From: Squalus acanthias
Taxonomy: Eukaryota
Direction: 5' to 3'
Length of the DNA stretch: 64,000 nucleotides
Assembly (NCBI GenBank): GCA_030390025.1
Contig: JASTWF010000333.1
Coordinates: 372,001-436,000 of the forward strand
Shown: piece by piece, positions 12,923 to 26,405 of the stretch
Layout of the letters: each line of letters opens with the position of its first letter
How positions within the stretch are numbered: position 1 is the first letter of the stretch
Translations under genes and position numbers: made by a program
Notes under the pieces: model-generated
What the model saw: the letters and a program-made list of their open reading frames with translations, nothing else
What the model was told of the DNA's origin: nothing
Database searches by the model: none

Positions 12923-14689
12923 CAGTCCTTCTTTCCTGGTTGGAACAGACGACATAGCAAACATCTCTCAGTTCGCTGTCCATCGCTGCATCCGGGAGGT
13001 TACAGAGTACTCTCGGAGAAGGGAGTTCATTGTCTTCTCTCTAAACAGAGAGAAGCAGGAGGAGCGCGCACATGGCTTAGCCAGGATAGTGGGCTTCCCC
13101 ATGATGCAGGGCGCCACCAACTGCACACACGTGGCTTTGCAGGCGCCGCATATCAATGCTGAGATGTACCGTAACCACAACGGCTACCATTCACTTAATG
13201 TGCAATTGGTGTGCGACCACACCCAGCACATCATGATGGTGAATGCCCGGTAGCCTGGCAGCAGTCATGATGCCTTCATCCTGCGCTAGTCCTATGTGCG
13301 AGCAATCTTCCACCCACCACGTCGAACCTGAGGGTGGCTGCTCGGAGACAAGGGCTATCCGCTCTGCACCTGGCTGATGACAGCCCTCCGCAACCCCACC
13401 ACTCGTGCCCAGCACTCATATAATGACAGCCATGCTGCCATAAGGAACCTCATTGGGCAGACCATCGGGTGCTCAAGCAATGGTTCAGTTGCCTTGACCA
13501 CTCGCGAGGAGCTCTCCAGTAATCACTGGAGCAGGTGTCCCAATTCGTGGTGGTCTGCTGCATCCTCCTCATCATGGGTTCCGTGACCACCTCAGGAGGA
13601 GGAGAATGAAGAGGAGAAAGGGAAGGAAGAGGGGGAGGAGGAAGGGAGGAGACAGCCTGCAAATCCCAGTTCTGGAAGGGCTCTCAGTGAGCGCATCATC
13701 AGACTCTGGTTCCCCTTAATGAAACCCCAGATCCCCGATGCCAAACACTTCCCCACCTTACCATCCCGTGTCATGGAACATCACGGTGTCCTCTTGGGGA
13801 CAATGCTGTAATGAAGCCATGAGAAAATTAACATTTCAAACATAATTAATAAATGATAATTCCAATATTACATTAGAAAGTCGACTAAACACCCTTGTGC
13901 ATTCCCTTAGTTTCCGTCTTTCGAATGCCTTTGCCTATTCAAGTGCTCCTATGAAGTGCTACCACAGTGGCTGCAGCATGGCTGATAGAAGGCTCCTGAC
14001 TTTCCATGGGGGACACTGCAGATGGCCTTGCAGGAAGACCTCACGCATCTCTGGGCCTAGAAGACCTGGCTGTAAACTGCACCACCTCGGCATGGGCGGC
14101 AGAAGCCTCGGCTGGTTGGCTGACAGGCAACTGCAATGGCACTGTCGGAGTGGCAGTGGTGGAAGTTCGAATGATGCCATCCTGCGAGAAGGCTGCAGGT
14201 TCAGCCAGGCTTGTAAATGCAGCCACGATGGCAGAAAGCTGAGCCTGCATGACAGAAGTCTGAGCTTCCACTGCAGCACTCAGACGTTGGGTGGCTTCTG
14301 CTGGTGCTGCAATGGAAGCTGTGACATCGCTCAGCACACCCATGGTTGGGTCTACAAGTGCTCTAATGGAGTTGCACATCACTTCCATCCTGGAAAACAT
14401 AAGCTCCGCACAAAGCCCCGTGCAAGGTTGGAGCCGGACTGCTCCATGCTCCTTGACAGTGACAAGAGTCTCTCTGGCAGGCCTGCCATTGCACCAATCA
14501 TTTCTATGTGTATGTCCATCACCCTCCTTCTGAAGGCTGCCCCATCGAAGTCCTCATCTGAGTCCTGTGCAGCAGAACTCATGTGTGACCTCGTCCTCTG
14601 GGGAGCTGGCCCCTGTGCTACCCTTTCCCTCTGCCCTGTCTGCAGCCCACTCGTGCCCGGTGACTCACCATGTGGGGGTAGTTAAATTG

Positions 14690-15558
14690 TTAAAAATCGG
14701 ATTCCCGCCCTGATCCCGCCTCCAACCCGCCCACTTCCGGTTTTAACGGAGGCGGGATGGGGGCGGTACGGGGTGGGGGGAGCGACCAACCTGCTCCCAG
14801 GGTGGGAACGCCAATTTAAATATGATAATGAGGCTGGAAGCCTCTTTTTTAACCTCCATTTTGTTTTTAACTGCATCTGGTCGGGTTTTACACACGTCGT
14901 GAAACCCAGAGTTAAAGCAAGACAGGGACTGCTGGACCCTGGAGGTAAGTGCCTTTATACCTACCCCGTGGATCCAGGGTCCCTGCCTAGCCCACCTCCC
15001 GCAATCAGAGACCGCACCCCACCACGGGGCTTCCGATCACCCTCCCAGGCCTCCCCCACCCCAGGCCTCCTCCCCAATGATGATGCTAAAGCCGGCCACG
15101 ATACTCCGGTGGCCGGCCCCGATCTCCTCTTCACCCACCCCGATCATCCGGCCCCGATCCGCTTTCCCCCCCGATTGGCTGCCCGACACCCACCCCCCCC
15201 ACCAATTCTTTCCCCCGCCCAATCCCCAGTCCTCCCTCTCCCCACCCCCCACCCCACCCCGATTGTCTACCCGACCCCCGGTCCTCTCTCCCCCCCTCAC
15301 TCCGATCCTTTTAACGGCCCGGCCCTCACACGAACCCTCCCTCCCTCCTTTGTCCAGTCGAAGGCCTACCCCCGCCCGCAGCCAGCCAGCCTCTCAATCT
15401 GGCTGGCTGTGGGCGGAAAACCGAGGCCTCACATGCAAATCAGACCCTGCTGTTAAAGTCGGCAGGACCTGCGGGAAACCTGGCCTCCCGGGTTTCCCGA
15501 GCGCATCAGAGCCCCCCCCCCCCGCCCCCAACCTGTCTTCCTCCAGAAAATTCCAGCC
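14690..15558. mobile_element. GC-rich Harbinger-type MITE or remnant, left end missing
   Basis: Right end GAAAATTCCAGCC resembles the TIR at 59083-59095. Contains a C-rich CCCGATC-repeat core, an ETS motif and one AG/GTAAGT. Confidence 0.55.
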
Positions 15559-15710
15559 ATTGTCTTTGAGTAGTACTAATGGCTGTTTTCCTGAGATAAC
15601 TAATTTTGAGGCCTCTTATTTTTTATGAAAGTCAGCCACAGTACTTTTCTGTCAAAAAGACTATTTTCACTCCTGCTAACACCAATTCCATTAGTGTTGG
15701 CCTATCGTCT

Positions 15711-15865
15711 CCCTTCTTCTTAGGCAGTCCCTCGGAACCGAGGATGACTTGCTTCCACACTAAAAATGAGTTCTCAGGTGACTGATGAGTCCAATGCGGG
15801 ACCTACAGTCTCTGTCACAGGTGGGGCAGACGATGGTTGAAGGGGTGGGTGGGTGGGGTGCTGTC
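15711..15865 (-). mobile_element. RTE-like LINE 3' end fragment
   Basis: Minus strand ends GAAGCAAGTCATCCTCGGTTCCGAGGGACTGCCTAAGAAGAAG, a short-repeat tail like RTE 3' ends. Confidence 0.5.
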
Positions 15866-16037
15866 ATCTAGCAAATTCCTAAACATCAAAATCCCAACTG
15901 AAAGTTGACTTCTCATGTCACAAATGTTAATTGACTTGGAGAAAGGTAATTTGCAAACAAACACTTTAATATAGAACATGCAGTATTCCCATCCAACTAG
16001 ACTAGATCAGAATGCTGAGGATGACAAGAATTAGGAT

Positions 16038-16760
16038 AACAATAAAAACAACAAATGGCATTTATATAACACCTTTTAATATAATGAAAATTTCCACGGT
16101 GCTTCACAGGAGTGTAATCAGATAAAAATTGACACCGAGCCAAAGAAGGAGACCATAGGACAGATGACCAGAAGCTTGGTCAAAGAGGTAGGTTTTAAGG
16201 AGCGTCTTAAAGGAGGAGAAAAAGGTGGAGAGGTTTAGGAAGGGAATTCCCGAGCTTAGGATTTAGTTTGCTGAAGGCACGGCTGCTGAAGGAAGTGCGG
16301 GATTCACAAGATGCTAGAATTGGAGTTCTCAGAGGGTTGTAGGGCTGGAGGAGGTTACAGAGATAGGATGGGACAAGGTCATGGAGGGATGTGAACATAA
16401 GGATGAGAATTTTAAAATTGAGGCGCTGGTGGACCGGGAGCCAATGTAGGTCAGCAAGTACAGGGGGGATGGGTGAACAAGACTTGGTACGAGTTAAGAT
16501 ATGGGTAGTTGAGTTTTGGATGAGCGTAAGTTTATGGAGGGTGGAAGATGGGAGGCCGGCCTGGAGAGCATTGGAATAGTCGAGTCTGGAGGTAACAAAA
16601 GCACGGATAAGGGTTTCAGCACCAATGAGCTGAGGCAGGGGCAGAGATGGGTTATATTACAGGGGTGGAAGTAAGCGGTCTTGGTGATGGAGAGGATATG
16701 GGATCGGAAGCTCAGCTCAGGATCAAATAGGACACCGAGGTTGCAAACAGTCTGGTTCTG
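16038..16760 (-). mobile_element. L2 LINE 3' fragment
   Basis: Reverse complement aligns by eye with 11090-12480. Degenerate (TTG)n tail. Confidence 0.85.
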
Positions 16761-16902
16761 GATGAATTGCTACTCACAATAGTCATGTCAATAGTTACTT
16801 AGCATAGGGAGGCAATTCTGACATCAACAGTGGAAGTGATAGAATCAGAAGAGCAGTTTTCCTTTTCTCTGCCTTTAATTGTTCTTCAGTTCGTCTTCCA
16901 GT

Positions 16903-17012
16903 TCAAATGACAACCGTTGAAGCAAAGGACTTCACGCTTGTTGAGCTAACAGTCCCAGAGCTCAACACTATGTCATTCGCTAGCTTTGCTTTTGCAAAGA
17001 TTGTAGGATTGA
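16903..17012 (-). CDS. putative terminal coding exon of an unidentified host gene
   Basis: Acceptor tttctttttcag at 17013. Longest frame gives (V)NPTIFAKAKLANDIVLSSGTVSSTSVKSFASTVVI then TGA at 16903-16905. Unique sequence, phase compatible with exon 17269-17336. Confidence 0.5.
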
Positions 17013-17268
17013 CTGAAAAAGAAACCTCTTGATAGGTTCAAATCCTATTCTATTTTGGAATAATTTAGAATAACATAGATTAATTTATTATTTATAGCCC
17101 TGCAATTTTATACCATCCAACTTTAGTTGTTCATAATCCAAAAGCACAACAAGCTGTTAAACATAAAAGCGTTCTTACTGAAAAGAGGTAAAAGAAGTGT
17201 TATTTATTCTATCATTGGCAAATGGAGCAGCAGCATGCCTACAGCATATTTGTCCTTTATTGGGTCAC

Positions 17269-17336
17269 CTTCAAGCCAATTGTCCATCTCGTACTCTGGG
17301 AATAAGTATGATGAATGAGCGTTATTGAATGTCATC
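17269..17336 (-). CDS. putative internal coding exon of the host gene
   Basis: Acceptor ttctttcactccataacag, peptide MTFNNAHSSYLFPEYEMDNWLE, donor GAAG/gtgacc (an alternative weak donor lies at 17243). Phase 2 in, phase 1 out. Confidence 0.5.
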
Positions 17337-17417
17337 CTGTTATGGAGTGAAAGAACAACTTTGAAATGAATAGTCTCTGTTGGATGAGCAGTTCTATAAC
17401 AATAAGTGAAAAATTAT

Positions 17418-20235
17418 GGGGTAAAAATTCAGTTGGTTAGCGCCTCCCGTTAATGCCTCCAGGGGGCGCTAGCGGGACGCTAACAACTTACCACCCGAAC
17501 GTGGCAATTTTAGCGCCGCCCACAAAATTCAACTGGCGGTTTGCAGTGGTGCTAAACACTACCGCCATGATCTCCTGCGCCCAGAGATCGTGACGTCATC
17601 CAAGCACGCATCGTCCCGGTAGCGCCCCGGACCGGAAATTGATTCTCGCCCCCTGCCTCAGCGCCTGCCGCTAGGAATGACAGGTAGAGGGGGACAGTTT
17701 GCAGTCGGCTGGGAGCTGGGGGAGCGCTATTTAAAGGCGTGTGCTTCCTGTTTTTTCCTGTCGGCAATCGATTCTGCCTACGCAGGTTGATAGAGGGAGA
17801 GAGGCGTTTGGAGAGATTTCACTGTTTCCAACTTGAAGGAGTTTTGCTCGTCATCAGGACTTGTCAGGTTCCCATTTCTGTAACCTTTAGTACTACCACA
17901 TTTAGAAGAGTTAATGGGGGCTGTACTGGCATGTGGCCTCACCCTCCAGCTTCACTGCCGGAGGCAGTGGAGGCGGAGAGAGAGAGTGGAAAACGTGGTC
18001 AGAGGGAGGAGGGCCAACATTGCACAAGAGACCTTACCCTCCCAGGGTATTCCGGGAGCAATTCTCCTCCATTCATTTGTCCGAGGAGCAGTGTTTCCGA
18101 AGGCTCCGCTTCAGCAAGGAGGTGGTCTCAGAGCTCTGCCACCTCCTGCAGCCAGAGCTCCAGCCTCAGCTCAGGACCAGGATGAATCTGTTGGTGGCTG
18201 TGAAGGTCACAGTTGCTCTCAATTTCTACGCCAATGGATCCTTCCAGGCTTCAACAGGGGATATTGCGAACATCGCCCAGTTCGCTGTCCATTGCTGCAT
18301 CCGGGAGGTCACAAATGCTCTCTACAGAAGGAGAAGGGAGTACATCTCATTCCCCATGACCCGAGACAAACAGCATGAACGCGCATGTGGCTTCGCGAGG
18401 ATAGCGGGCTTCCCCATGGTTCAGGACGCCATTGACTGCACACATGTGGCATTGCGGGCACCTCATCACAATGCAGAGGTTTTCCGCAAAGGATGGCACC
18501 AAACAATGACTCGATTCCAGCACTAAGCCATTGCGTTGCCTCGGCCTGTGTTGCAATAGATGCTGCCACCTCACCCATTACACGCGGCATGGGCTCTGGG
18601 TTCCCATGCTCTCCCTGCAAGTCAACCATCCTCTGCAAAGAGGCAAGGATGGGCTCGAGGGTTTGCGCACAGATGACAGCTGTGCTGGCGGTGGACTCCT
18701 CCACACTCTTAGCCAGTGCATCCATGCTCTCGGGCACCCTTACCATTGCACCCATGAGCTCAGTATGCATGCTCATTGCCTGTGTGTTCATCACAGCGAT
18801 ATTGAGATCCTCATCCGAGTCCTCTGCAGCAGAACTCGTGCGTGCACTCACCCTCCAGGGAGATGGCCCCCGAGCTTCCCTTTCCCCATGGCGTTGCTGC
18901 AGCCCGCTGGGTCCCGGAGCTTCACCCACATCAGAGCCAACACCTCTGCTCCCCTCCAGTGACCACGTGGCCCCAGTGTCCGTTGTGTCACCCTCGGGAG
19001 ACGCAGGCAGTGAGGCTCCAGCTTGGTGTTCCTGATCTTCTCCTGCATTGCTGCCACTGGGAGGCTGAGGGACAGGCTGTTCAGATGGGGGATCACTATC
19101 TGAAAGCAGGAAAGCACAAGAGTGGGTTTAACGTGAGGGGAGGGGGGGCAGGAAGGGAGCAAGGAATGGAGACAATATACTTAGATGGAAAGTGGGAAGG
19201 GCTTGTGTTGTGAGGGGGAAGTGGTATGAGAGAGGAGAGAGAGATGACGAACATACCATTGCTGTCCCCAAGGGTGTCGACCTCTCCGACTGCCACAGCG
19301 CCCACGGCATGGCTCGTGATTATTCTGTGCACTCGCTCCTCCAGCTGTGTGAGGGGGTGCAGCTCCGTCTGACCTCGTTCCATGCATTGTTGCTCCCTCC
19401 TGTTATGAGCAAGTTTGGCCTGCAAGAAAAAGGACAGCATGTGAGTGAATGTGCAGCCACGTGTTTGGCAGATGTCCCTACCATAGTTGAATAGTCGTTA
19501 ATGTCTGCAACGTGTGAGATGTGGATGTGACTTTTAGTAGATGGGCATAGTTGTTGGGTGAGTGTTGGGGATTTGACGGTTTATACCGTCTGTGCACAGA
19601 GTGAGGTTGAGATGGTGGGATGTAGAGGTATTTCAAGCATCTACTCACCCTGACCACCCGAATGAGGTCGTTGAACTTCTTGTGGCACTGGGTGCGAGTC
19701 CTTTAGAGCAGGCTTCTGGACACGACAAATGGACCACGCCCCTCCACATCCTTGTGAACTCCTGGGGCAATGGCCTCCTGCCAGTGTCTGGAAGCAGCAC
19801 TGCCCGTCGGCGTTCCACAGCCACAACCAGAGCCTCCAATGCCTGGTCGCTGAACCGGCGAGCTCTCTCCCTGGGCCTCTGAGCAGCCATGATATTCCTG
19901 GTTCAAGAATTGCACCTCCTTCCAGGCCCAGGTCAAAAGCAGCAATGATCAGGGTGAGGCTGTGCAGCATGAATGAACCTCCCCTTTAAGAACTGGAAGA
20001 CGCCAGTCTGTCTGAGTACTTGTAATTGGCAGCGCCTGAGCTTGAGCAGCGCTCTGAGGTAGCGCCCTGCTCCCCGACGTTAGCGCCCTAAGAGAAGTGT
20101 GTAGCGCTTGATTTAGCGCTCCAATCACCTCCAGGGGCGCTGGAGACGAATTTTGCGCTAATTTGCGCTGGGCGCTAAAGTTTGCGGCCGGCCGATGTTA
20201 GCGCCCCAAAATGGTCGATACTGAATTTTCCCCCC
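17418..20235 (+). mobile_element. internally deleted Harbinger element
   Basis: TIRs GGGGTAAAAATTCAG / CTGAATTTTCCCCCC, TSD TAT/TAT. Transposase 5' half (ATG 17914 to AIDCTHVALRAP) joined at ~18495 to Myb exon 3 on -. Myb exons 2 and 1 at ~19256-19418 and ~19650-19890. Confidence 0.93.
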
Positions 20236-20460
20236 TATATTTCAGATTATGGGACTAATAATCTATGTGCAAAAGTGATCACAATGATACACCAAATCTT
20301 GTGTATTATAATCTGGAGTAGGAATCAGTAACCAATATCAACACTATTCTGGGTATTATCATTGCTTTGAAAACCACAGAGCAGGAAACAAAGTATCACA
20401 TCACTATCTGACAAACAATTAGATAAAGCTGCCCATTTTTCATGCTGCAGTACCAAACAA

Positions 20461-23400
20461 CAACTTCGGCTCAAAGTTGTTGAGCTGGAGTCTGAGGTGC
20501 AGACATTGTGGGGCATCAGGGAGGGGGAGAGTTACCTGGACACTTTGTTCCAGGAGGCAGTCACACCTCTTAGATTATGTAGTACTTTAGAGTTTGTCAA
20601 TGGTCAGGGACAGGGGTGTGACCGTGAGTCAGGAAGGTATGGGAACCCAGGATGTAGTGATGAAGGAGCCTCAGCCCTTGTCTTTGACCAAAAGGTATGA
20701 GGTATTTGCTGCCTGTGGGGATAAGAACAAGGACTGCAGGGTGGATGAGCAAACTGACCACGGCACCATGGTGCAGGAGGCCATTCAAGTGGGAGGAGTG
20801 AAAAGGAATGTAGTTGTGGTAGGGGACAGTATAGTCAGGTGAATAGATACTGTTCTCTGCAGCTGCGACCGGGAGTTCCAATGGTCGTGTTGCCTGCCCG
20901 GTGCCGGGGTTAAGGATATCTCGTCACGGCTGGAGAAGAAATTGGAGTGGGAGGGGGAGGATCCAGCTGTCGTGGTCCACGTAGGAACCAACAAAATAGG
21001 TAGAACTAGGAATGAGGTTCTGCTGAGGTAGTTTGAGGAGCTAGGATCCAAATTAAAAAGCAGAACCTCAAAGGTAATAATTTCTGGATTGTTACCTGAG
21101 CCATGCGCAAATTGGCATAGGGACAAACAGATTAGTGGTTTAAATGCATGGCTCAAAGAGTGGTGTGGGAGGAGGGGGTTTCAGTTCATGGGGCACTGTC
21201 ACCAGTACTGGGGAAAGAGGGAGCTGTTCTATTGGGACAGGCTCCACTTAAACCAGGCTGGGACCAGTGTCCTGGCGAATCAAATAACTAGGGCAGTAGA
21301 CAGGGGGTGGGAGGATTCAGGAAAGAGTAAATTTAAAAGCAGCAAGAGAAATGTCAAGGCTCTAGAGCAGAGTAGAGTTTTGGGTAAAAATAAGCAGAGT
21401 GGGTCAGGAAGGGACAGAGAGAGTAATAAAGGTAATAGGGCATCAGTGACTAAGGTGACATCAGGGAAAAATAAAAAAAAGTCAAAGCTAAGGGCACTAT
21501 ATTTGAATGCGCGAAGCATTCGCAACAAAATAGATGAATTAATAGGTTTGAACTAATAGCCATTATGGAGACGTGGTTGCAAAGTGGTTAAGGTTGGGAA
21601 CTAAATAATCCAGGATACTTAACTTTTAGAAGAGATAGGCAAAATGGAAAAGGAGGAGGGGTAGCCCTGATAATAAAGGATGGGATAAAGACAATAGAGA
21701 GAAAGGATCTTAGCTCCGAAAATCGAGAAGTAGAATCAGTTTGGGTGGAGCTAAGAAACAGCAAGGGGCAGAAAACATTGGTGGGAGTTGTTTATAGGCC
21801 CCCAAACAATAGTTGTAATGTCGGGCAGAGTATAAATCAGGAAATTAGAGGCATATGTAACAAGGGTAATATAGTAATCATGGGGGTCTTTAATCTACTG
21901 GGCAAACCAAATTTGCAGTAATAGTGTGGAGGACGAATTCATGGAATGTATACAAGATAGTTTTCTAGATCAGTATGTTGAGGAACCAACTAGGGAAAAG
22001 ACTATTTTAGATCTAGTATTGTGCAATGAGAAAGGGTTAATTAATGACCTTGTAGGTAAAGGGGCCTTTAGAAAAGAGTGACCATAATATGATAGAATTT
22101 TATATTGAGTTTGAAAGTGAAATCCGAAACTAGGGTCTTGAATCTAAACAAAGCAAACTATGTATGTATGAGGGGAGAGTTGGCTAAGGTAGATTGGGAA
22201 ACTACATTAAAAGGTATGACGGTAGACAAGCAATGGCTATCATTTAAAGAAATAATACATAATTTACAACAAATATACATTCCTTTAAGGCATAAAAACC
22301 CCACAGGAAAAGTGGTCCAACCATGGCTAACAAGAGAAGTTAAAGATAGTATTAGACCAAAGGAAAAGGTTTATAATGTTGTCAAAAAGAGTAGTAAGCC
22401 TGAGGATTGGGAGGATTTTAGAATTCCGCAAAGGAGGACCAAGAAATTGATAAGGAAAGAGAAAAAAGAATATGAGAGTAAATTAGCAAGAGACATAAAA
22501 ACAGATTGTAAATGTTTCTATAGATATGTAAATAGGAAGAGATTAGTGAAAGTAAATGTGGGCCCATTAGAGAAATTATAATGGGCAGTAAGGAAATGGC
22601 AGAGACATTAAACAACGACTTTGTATCTGTCTTCACAGTAGAAGACACAAAAAACATTCCAGAAATAATGGGGAACCAAGGGTCTAGAGAGAATGAGGAA
22701 CTTAAAGAAATCAGCATAAGTAAAGACACAGTACTGGAGGAATTAATGGGACTAAGTGGCGATAAATCCCCTGGTCCTAATGACCTGCATCCTAAGGTTT
22801 TAAAAGAGGTAGCTGCAGAGATAGTGGATGCACTGGTATTAATCTTCCAGAAATCCCTAGATTCTAGAACAGTCCCCAAGGATTGGAAGGTAGCAAACAC
22901 AACCCCGCTATTTAAGAAAGGAGGAAGAGAAAAAACAGGGAACTATAGGCCAGTTAGCCTGACATCAGTATTAGGGAGAATGCTAGAATCTATTATTAGG
23001 GATGTTGCAACAGGGCACTTAGGAAATCATAATATGATTAGGCAGAGTCAACATGGCTTTATGAAAGGGAAATCGGGTTTGACAAATCTGTTGGAGTTCT
23101 TTGAAGATGTAACTAGTAGGATGGATAATGGGGAACCAGTGGATGTAGTGTATCTGGATTATCAAAAAGCATTCGATAAGGTGCCACACAAGAGGTTATT
23201 AAACAAAATTAGGACTCATGGGATTGGGGGTAATATATTAGCATGGATTGAGGATTGGTTCATAGACAGAAAACAGAGAGTAGGAATAAACGGGACTTTT
23301 TCAGGTTGGCAGGCTGTAACTAGCGGGATACCGCAAGGATCAGTGCTTGGGCCTCAGCTATTTACAATCTATATTAATGACTTAGATGAAGGGACTGAGT

Positions 23401-24313
23401 GTAACGTATCCAAGATGCTGATGATACAAAGTTAGGTGGGAAAGTAAGCTGTGAGGAGGACGCAAAGAGGCTGCAGAGAGATATAGACAGGTTGACTGAG
23501 TGGGCAAGAACATGGCAAATGGAATATAATGTGGGGAAGTGTGAAGTTATCCACTTTGGTAGGAAAAACAAAAAAGCAGAATATTTTTTGAATGGTGAGA
23601 GACTGGGAAATGTTTGCACTCAGAGGGACTTGGGTGTCCTTGTACATGAATCACAGAAAGTTAGCATGCAGTTACAGCAAGCAATTAGGAAAGCAAATGG
23701 TATGTTAGCTTTTGTTACAAAGGGATTAGAGTATAAGAGTAAAGAAGTCTTACAACAATTATACTGGGCATTGATGAGGCCACACCTGGAGTACTGGTCT
23801 CCTTACCTAAAGAAAGACATACTTGTCTTAGAGGGAGTGCAGCGAAGACTGGGATGAGGGGATTGTCCTATGAGGAGAAATTGAGTAGACTAGGCCTATA
23901 TTCCCTAGAGTTTAGAAGAATGAGAGGTGATCTAATTGAAACATACAAAATTCTTAAGGGGCTTGACTGGGTTAATGCTAGGAAAATGTTTCCCCTGGCT
24001 GGGGAGTTTAGAACCAGGGGTCACAGTCTCAGAATAAGGGGTTGGCCATTTAGGACTGAGATGAGGAGAAAGTTCTTCACTCAGAGAGTTGTGAATCTTT
24101 GGAATTCTCTGCCCCAGAGAGCTGTGGATGCTCAGTCGTTGAGTGTATTCAAGACAGAGATCGGTAAATATTTGGGAACGAGGGGAATTAAAGATATGGG
24201 GATAGTGCAGGAAGGTGGAGTTGAGATAGAAGATCAGCCATGATCTTGTTGAATGGCGGAGCAGGCTTGAAGGGCCAAATGGCCTACTCCAGCTCTTATT
24301 TCTTATGTTCTTA
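20461..24313 (+). mobile_element. near full-length CR1 LINE (partial esterase ORF1 + decayed ORF2)
   Basis: ORF1: VVVVGDSIVR, VVHVGTN, DRLHL (SGNH). ORF2: LYLNARSIRNK, 284-aa RT ORF 22581..23435 ([10 protein letters not shown]), C-terminal ORFs to 24243, then CR1 3' tail. Confidence 0.95.
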
Positions 24314-24319
24314 AGTATT

Positions 24320-25070
24320 TACATGGTAGCATTAATATAGAAAAACATCCCAAGGCACTTCACAGAGGTATGGGGAAAATAGATGCCAAGTCAACGGAGA
24401 GATTAGGAAAAGGTAGGTTTTAAGGATGGTCTTAAAGCAGGAAAGGGAGGTTAAGTAGTGGAAAGGTTTAAGGAGAGAATTCTAGAGGGTGGATGCTTCG
24501 CAGCTGAAGTCATGCCTGCCAATGGTGGGACAATGGGAGGGGGGATGTACAATGCAGAGTTTTGTGGGTGATGTTACAGGGTTGGAATTAGCTACAGCAA
24601 TAGGGAGGGTTGAGACCATGGAGGCATTTAAAGACAAGGGCAAGATTTAAATTTGGGGCACTGGGAGCAATGTAGTTCAATGAGGACACCAGTGTTGGGC
24701 AAGTGGGTGTGGGATAGAAAATAAGAAGCAGAGTTTTGGATGGGCTGGAATTTATGCAGGTTGGAGGATGGGAGGCCAGCAAGGAGAGCATTTTAGTAAT
24801 TGAGTTTGAAGGTAAAGACATGAATGAGGGTTTCAGCAACACATGGGCTGAGATGGGGCAGAGGCTGATGATATTACAGAGGTGGAAGCAGGCAGTCTTT
24901 GGATGGAGAGGATATGGGGCCAGAAGCTGAGTCCTTACTTGAGCAGGATGCTGAGGCTGCAAACAGTATAGTTCAGTTTGAGGCAGTGGCTGGGGAAGGG
25001 GATGGGCTCAGTGGTGAGAAAGAGGAATTGTTGTGTAAACTGAGGATGACGTCTTCAGTCTTCTCCCTTC
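24320..25070 (-). mobile_element. old L2 LINE 3' fragment
   Basis: Degenerate similarity to 16038-16760. Remnant peptides KTACFHLCNI and LVFKCLHGLNPPY. Confidence 0.7.
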
Positions 25071-25189
25071 TAGCGCATTCGTACTGAAACTCATGTGGGA
25101 GTATGCAGGAAGGCCTGGAAATCAGGTTGCGGCCCAGATAAGCTAGTTCCTGGCCTTAAAAGGCCAGTGGCATCAGAAGTGGACAAGAG

Positions 25190-25720
25190 ATGATGAGGAT
25201 TTTAAATGAGAAGTGAAAGGGGTGGAACAAGTCATAGTCAGTGCTCGAGGATGCCAGAGGAGATGGGGAAAGGCCTAGGTGATAAGGCACAACCTGCCAT
25301 CATGGTGGCTTGGGGTAAGTAAGACAAGATAGCTAATGGCTTTAGCCCCAAATGAACATGCTGGGCAGGAAGGTTTTGAGAGTGGAGGATGCGGCAGTTT
25401 GGGTTGCAGGGCTAGCTGCCATAATGGGCCCATTGGAGAATGTTGAGAGAGGCAAAGACGGTAACTCTGGAGTGTTCGAAGGGGTTTCAAGCCTGGGACA
25501 GTGACAAGAGCGAAGACAAGCCAAGGAGCAGTGATTGTTGGGGTGGGGGATTAAGGAGGGGAAAATACCTGAGAGTGGAGTGATAAAAAACATCCTGGCC
25601 GAGTGACAGGAAGAGGAGGAGAGGAGAGCGGGGCCTGACCAGGGCCGGAAAAGGGAAATAGAAGTAATAGTCTCAGGTCTGGAGTGGTAGTCAAAATGTG
25701 CATGCGATTGGACACAAAGG
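25190..25720 (-). mobile_element. old L2-like fragment (5' or endonuclease region)
   Basis: Reverse complement of 25680-25715 resembles 8396-8433 of the full-length L2. Confidence 0.4.
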
Positions 25721-25729
25721 GTCTTCTGG

Positions 25730-26405
25730 GTTGCATAACAGCTAGTAGACAGGTACAAAAAGCGATCATAAAGGCTAATGAAGTGTTGGCCTTTATCTCC
25801 AGGGGGCTGGAATAAAAAGTGGAGGAAGCCATGCTTCAGTTGTACAGACCCTTGGTCAGACCCCACCCTGGAGTACTGCGTTCAGTTCTGGATACCGCAC
25901 TTCAGGAAGGATGTATTGGCCTTGGAGGGGATGCAGCGCAGATTCACCAGAATGATACAAGGGCTTAGAGGATTAAATTATGAGGACAGGTTTCGTAAAT
26001 TTGGCTTGTATTCCCTGGAGTATAGAATATTGAGGCATGATCTGATCAAGGTTTTTCAAATGTTAAAAGGATTCTATAAGGTAGATAATGAGAAACTATT
26101 TCCTCTGATGGGGGAATCAAGAACAAGGGGACATAATCTTAAAATTAGAGCTAGGCCATTCAAGAGCAAAATCAGGAAGTACTTTTTCATACAAAGGGTA
26201 GTAGAAATTTGGAACTCTCTCACACAAAATGCGAGGACAATTGAAGCTTTCAAGACTGAAACAGGTTTTTGTTAGGTAAGGGTATCAAGGGATATGGAGC
26301 AAAGCTGGGAAAATGGAGTTGAGGTGCAGATCAGCCATGATCTCTTGAATGGTGGAGCAGGCCTGAGGGTCTGAATGACCTACTCATGTTCCTAATGTTG
26401 GTATG
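25730..26405 (+). mobile_element. CR1 LINE 3' fragment
   Basis: ORF 25778..26275 (LEYCVQFWIPHFRKDVLALEG..FFIQRVVEIWNSL) and CR1 3' end. Confidence 0.9.

Larger units (their letters stand above)
7312..14680 (+). mobile_element. decayed Harbinger element split by a full-length L2
   Basis: Left-end sequence 7312-7488 resumes at 12488. Degenerate transposase ~12560-13720 (EQCVRRLCFTKEVV, HVALQAP, HSLNVQLVCDH, LGDKGYP). Myb exon 3 on - at ~13900-14680 (SAAQDSDEDFDGAAFRRRVM). Confidence 0.8.
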
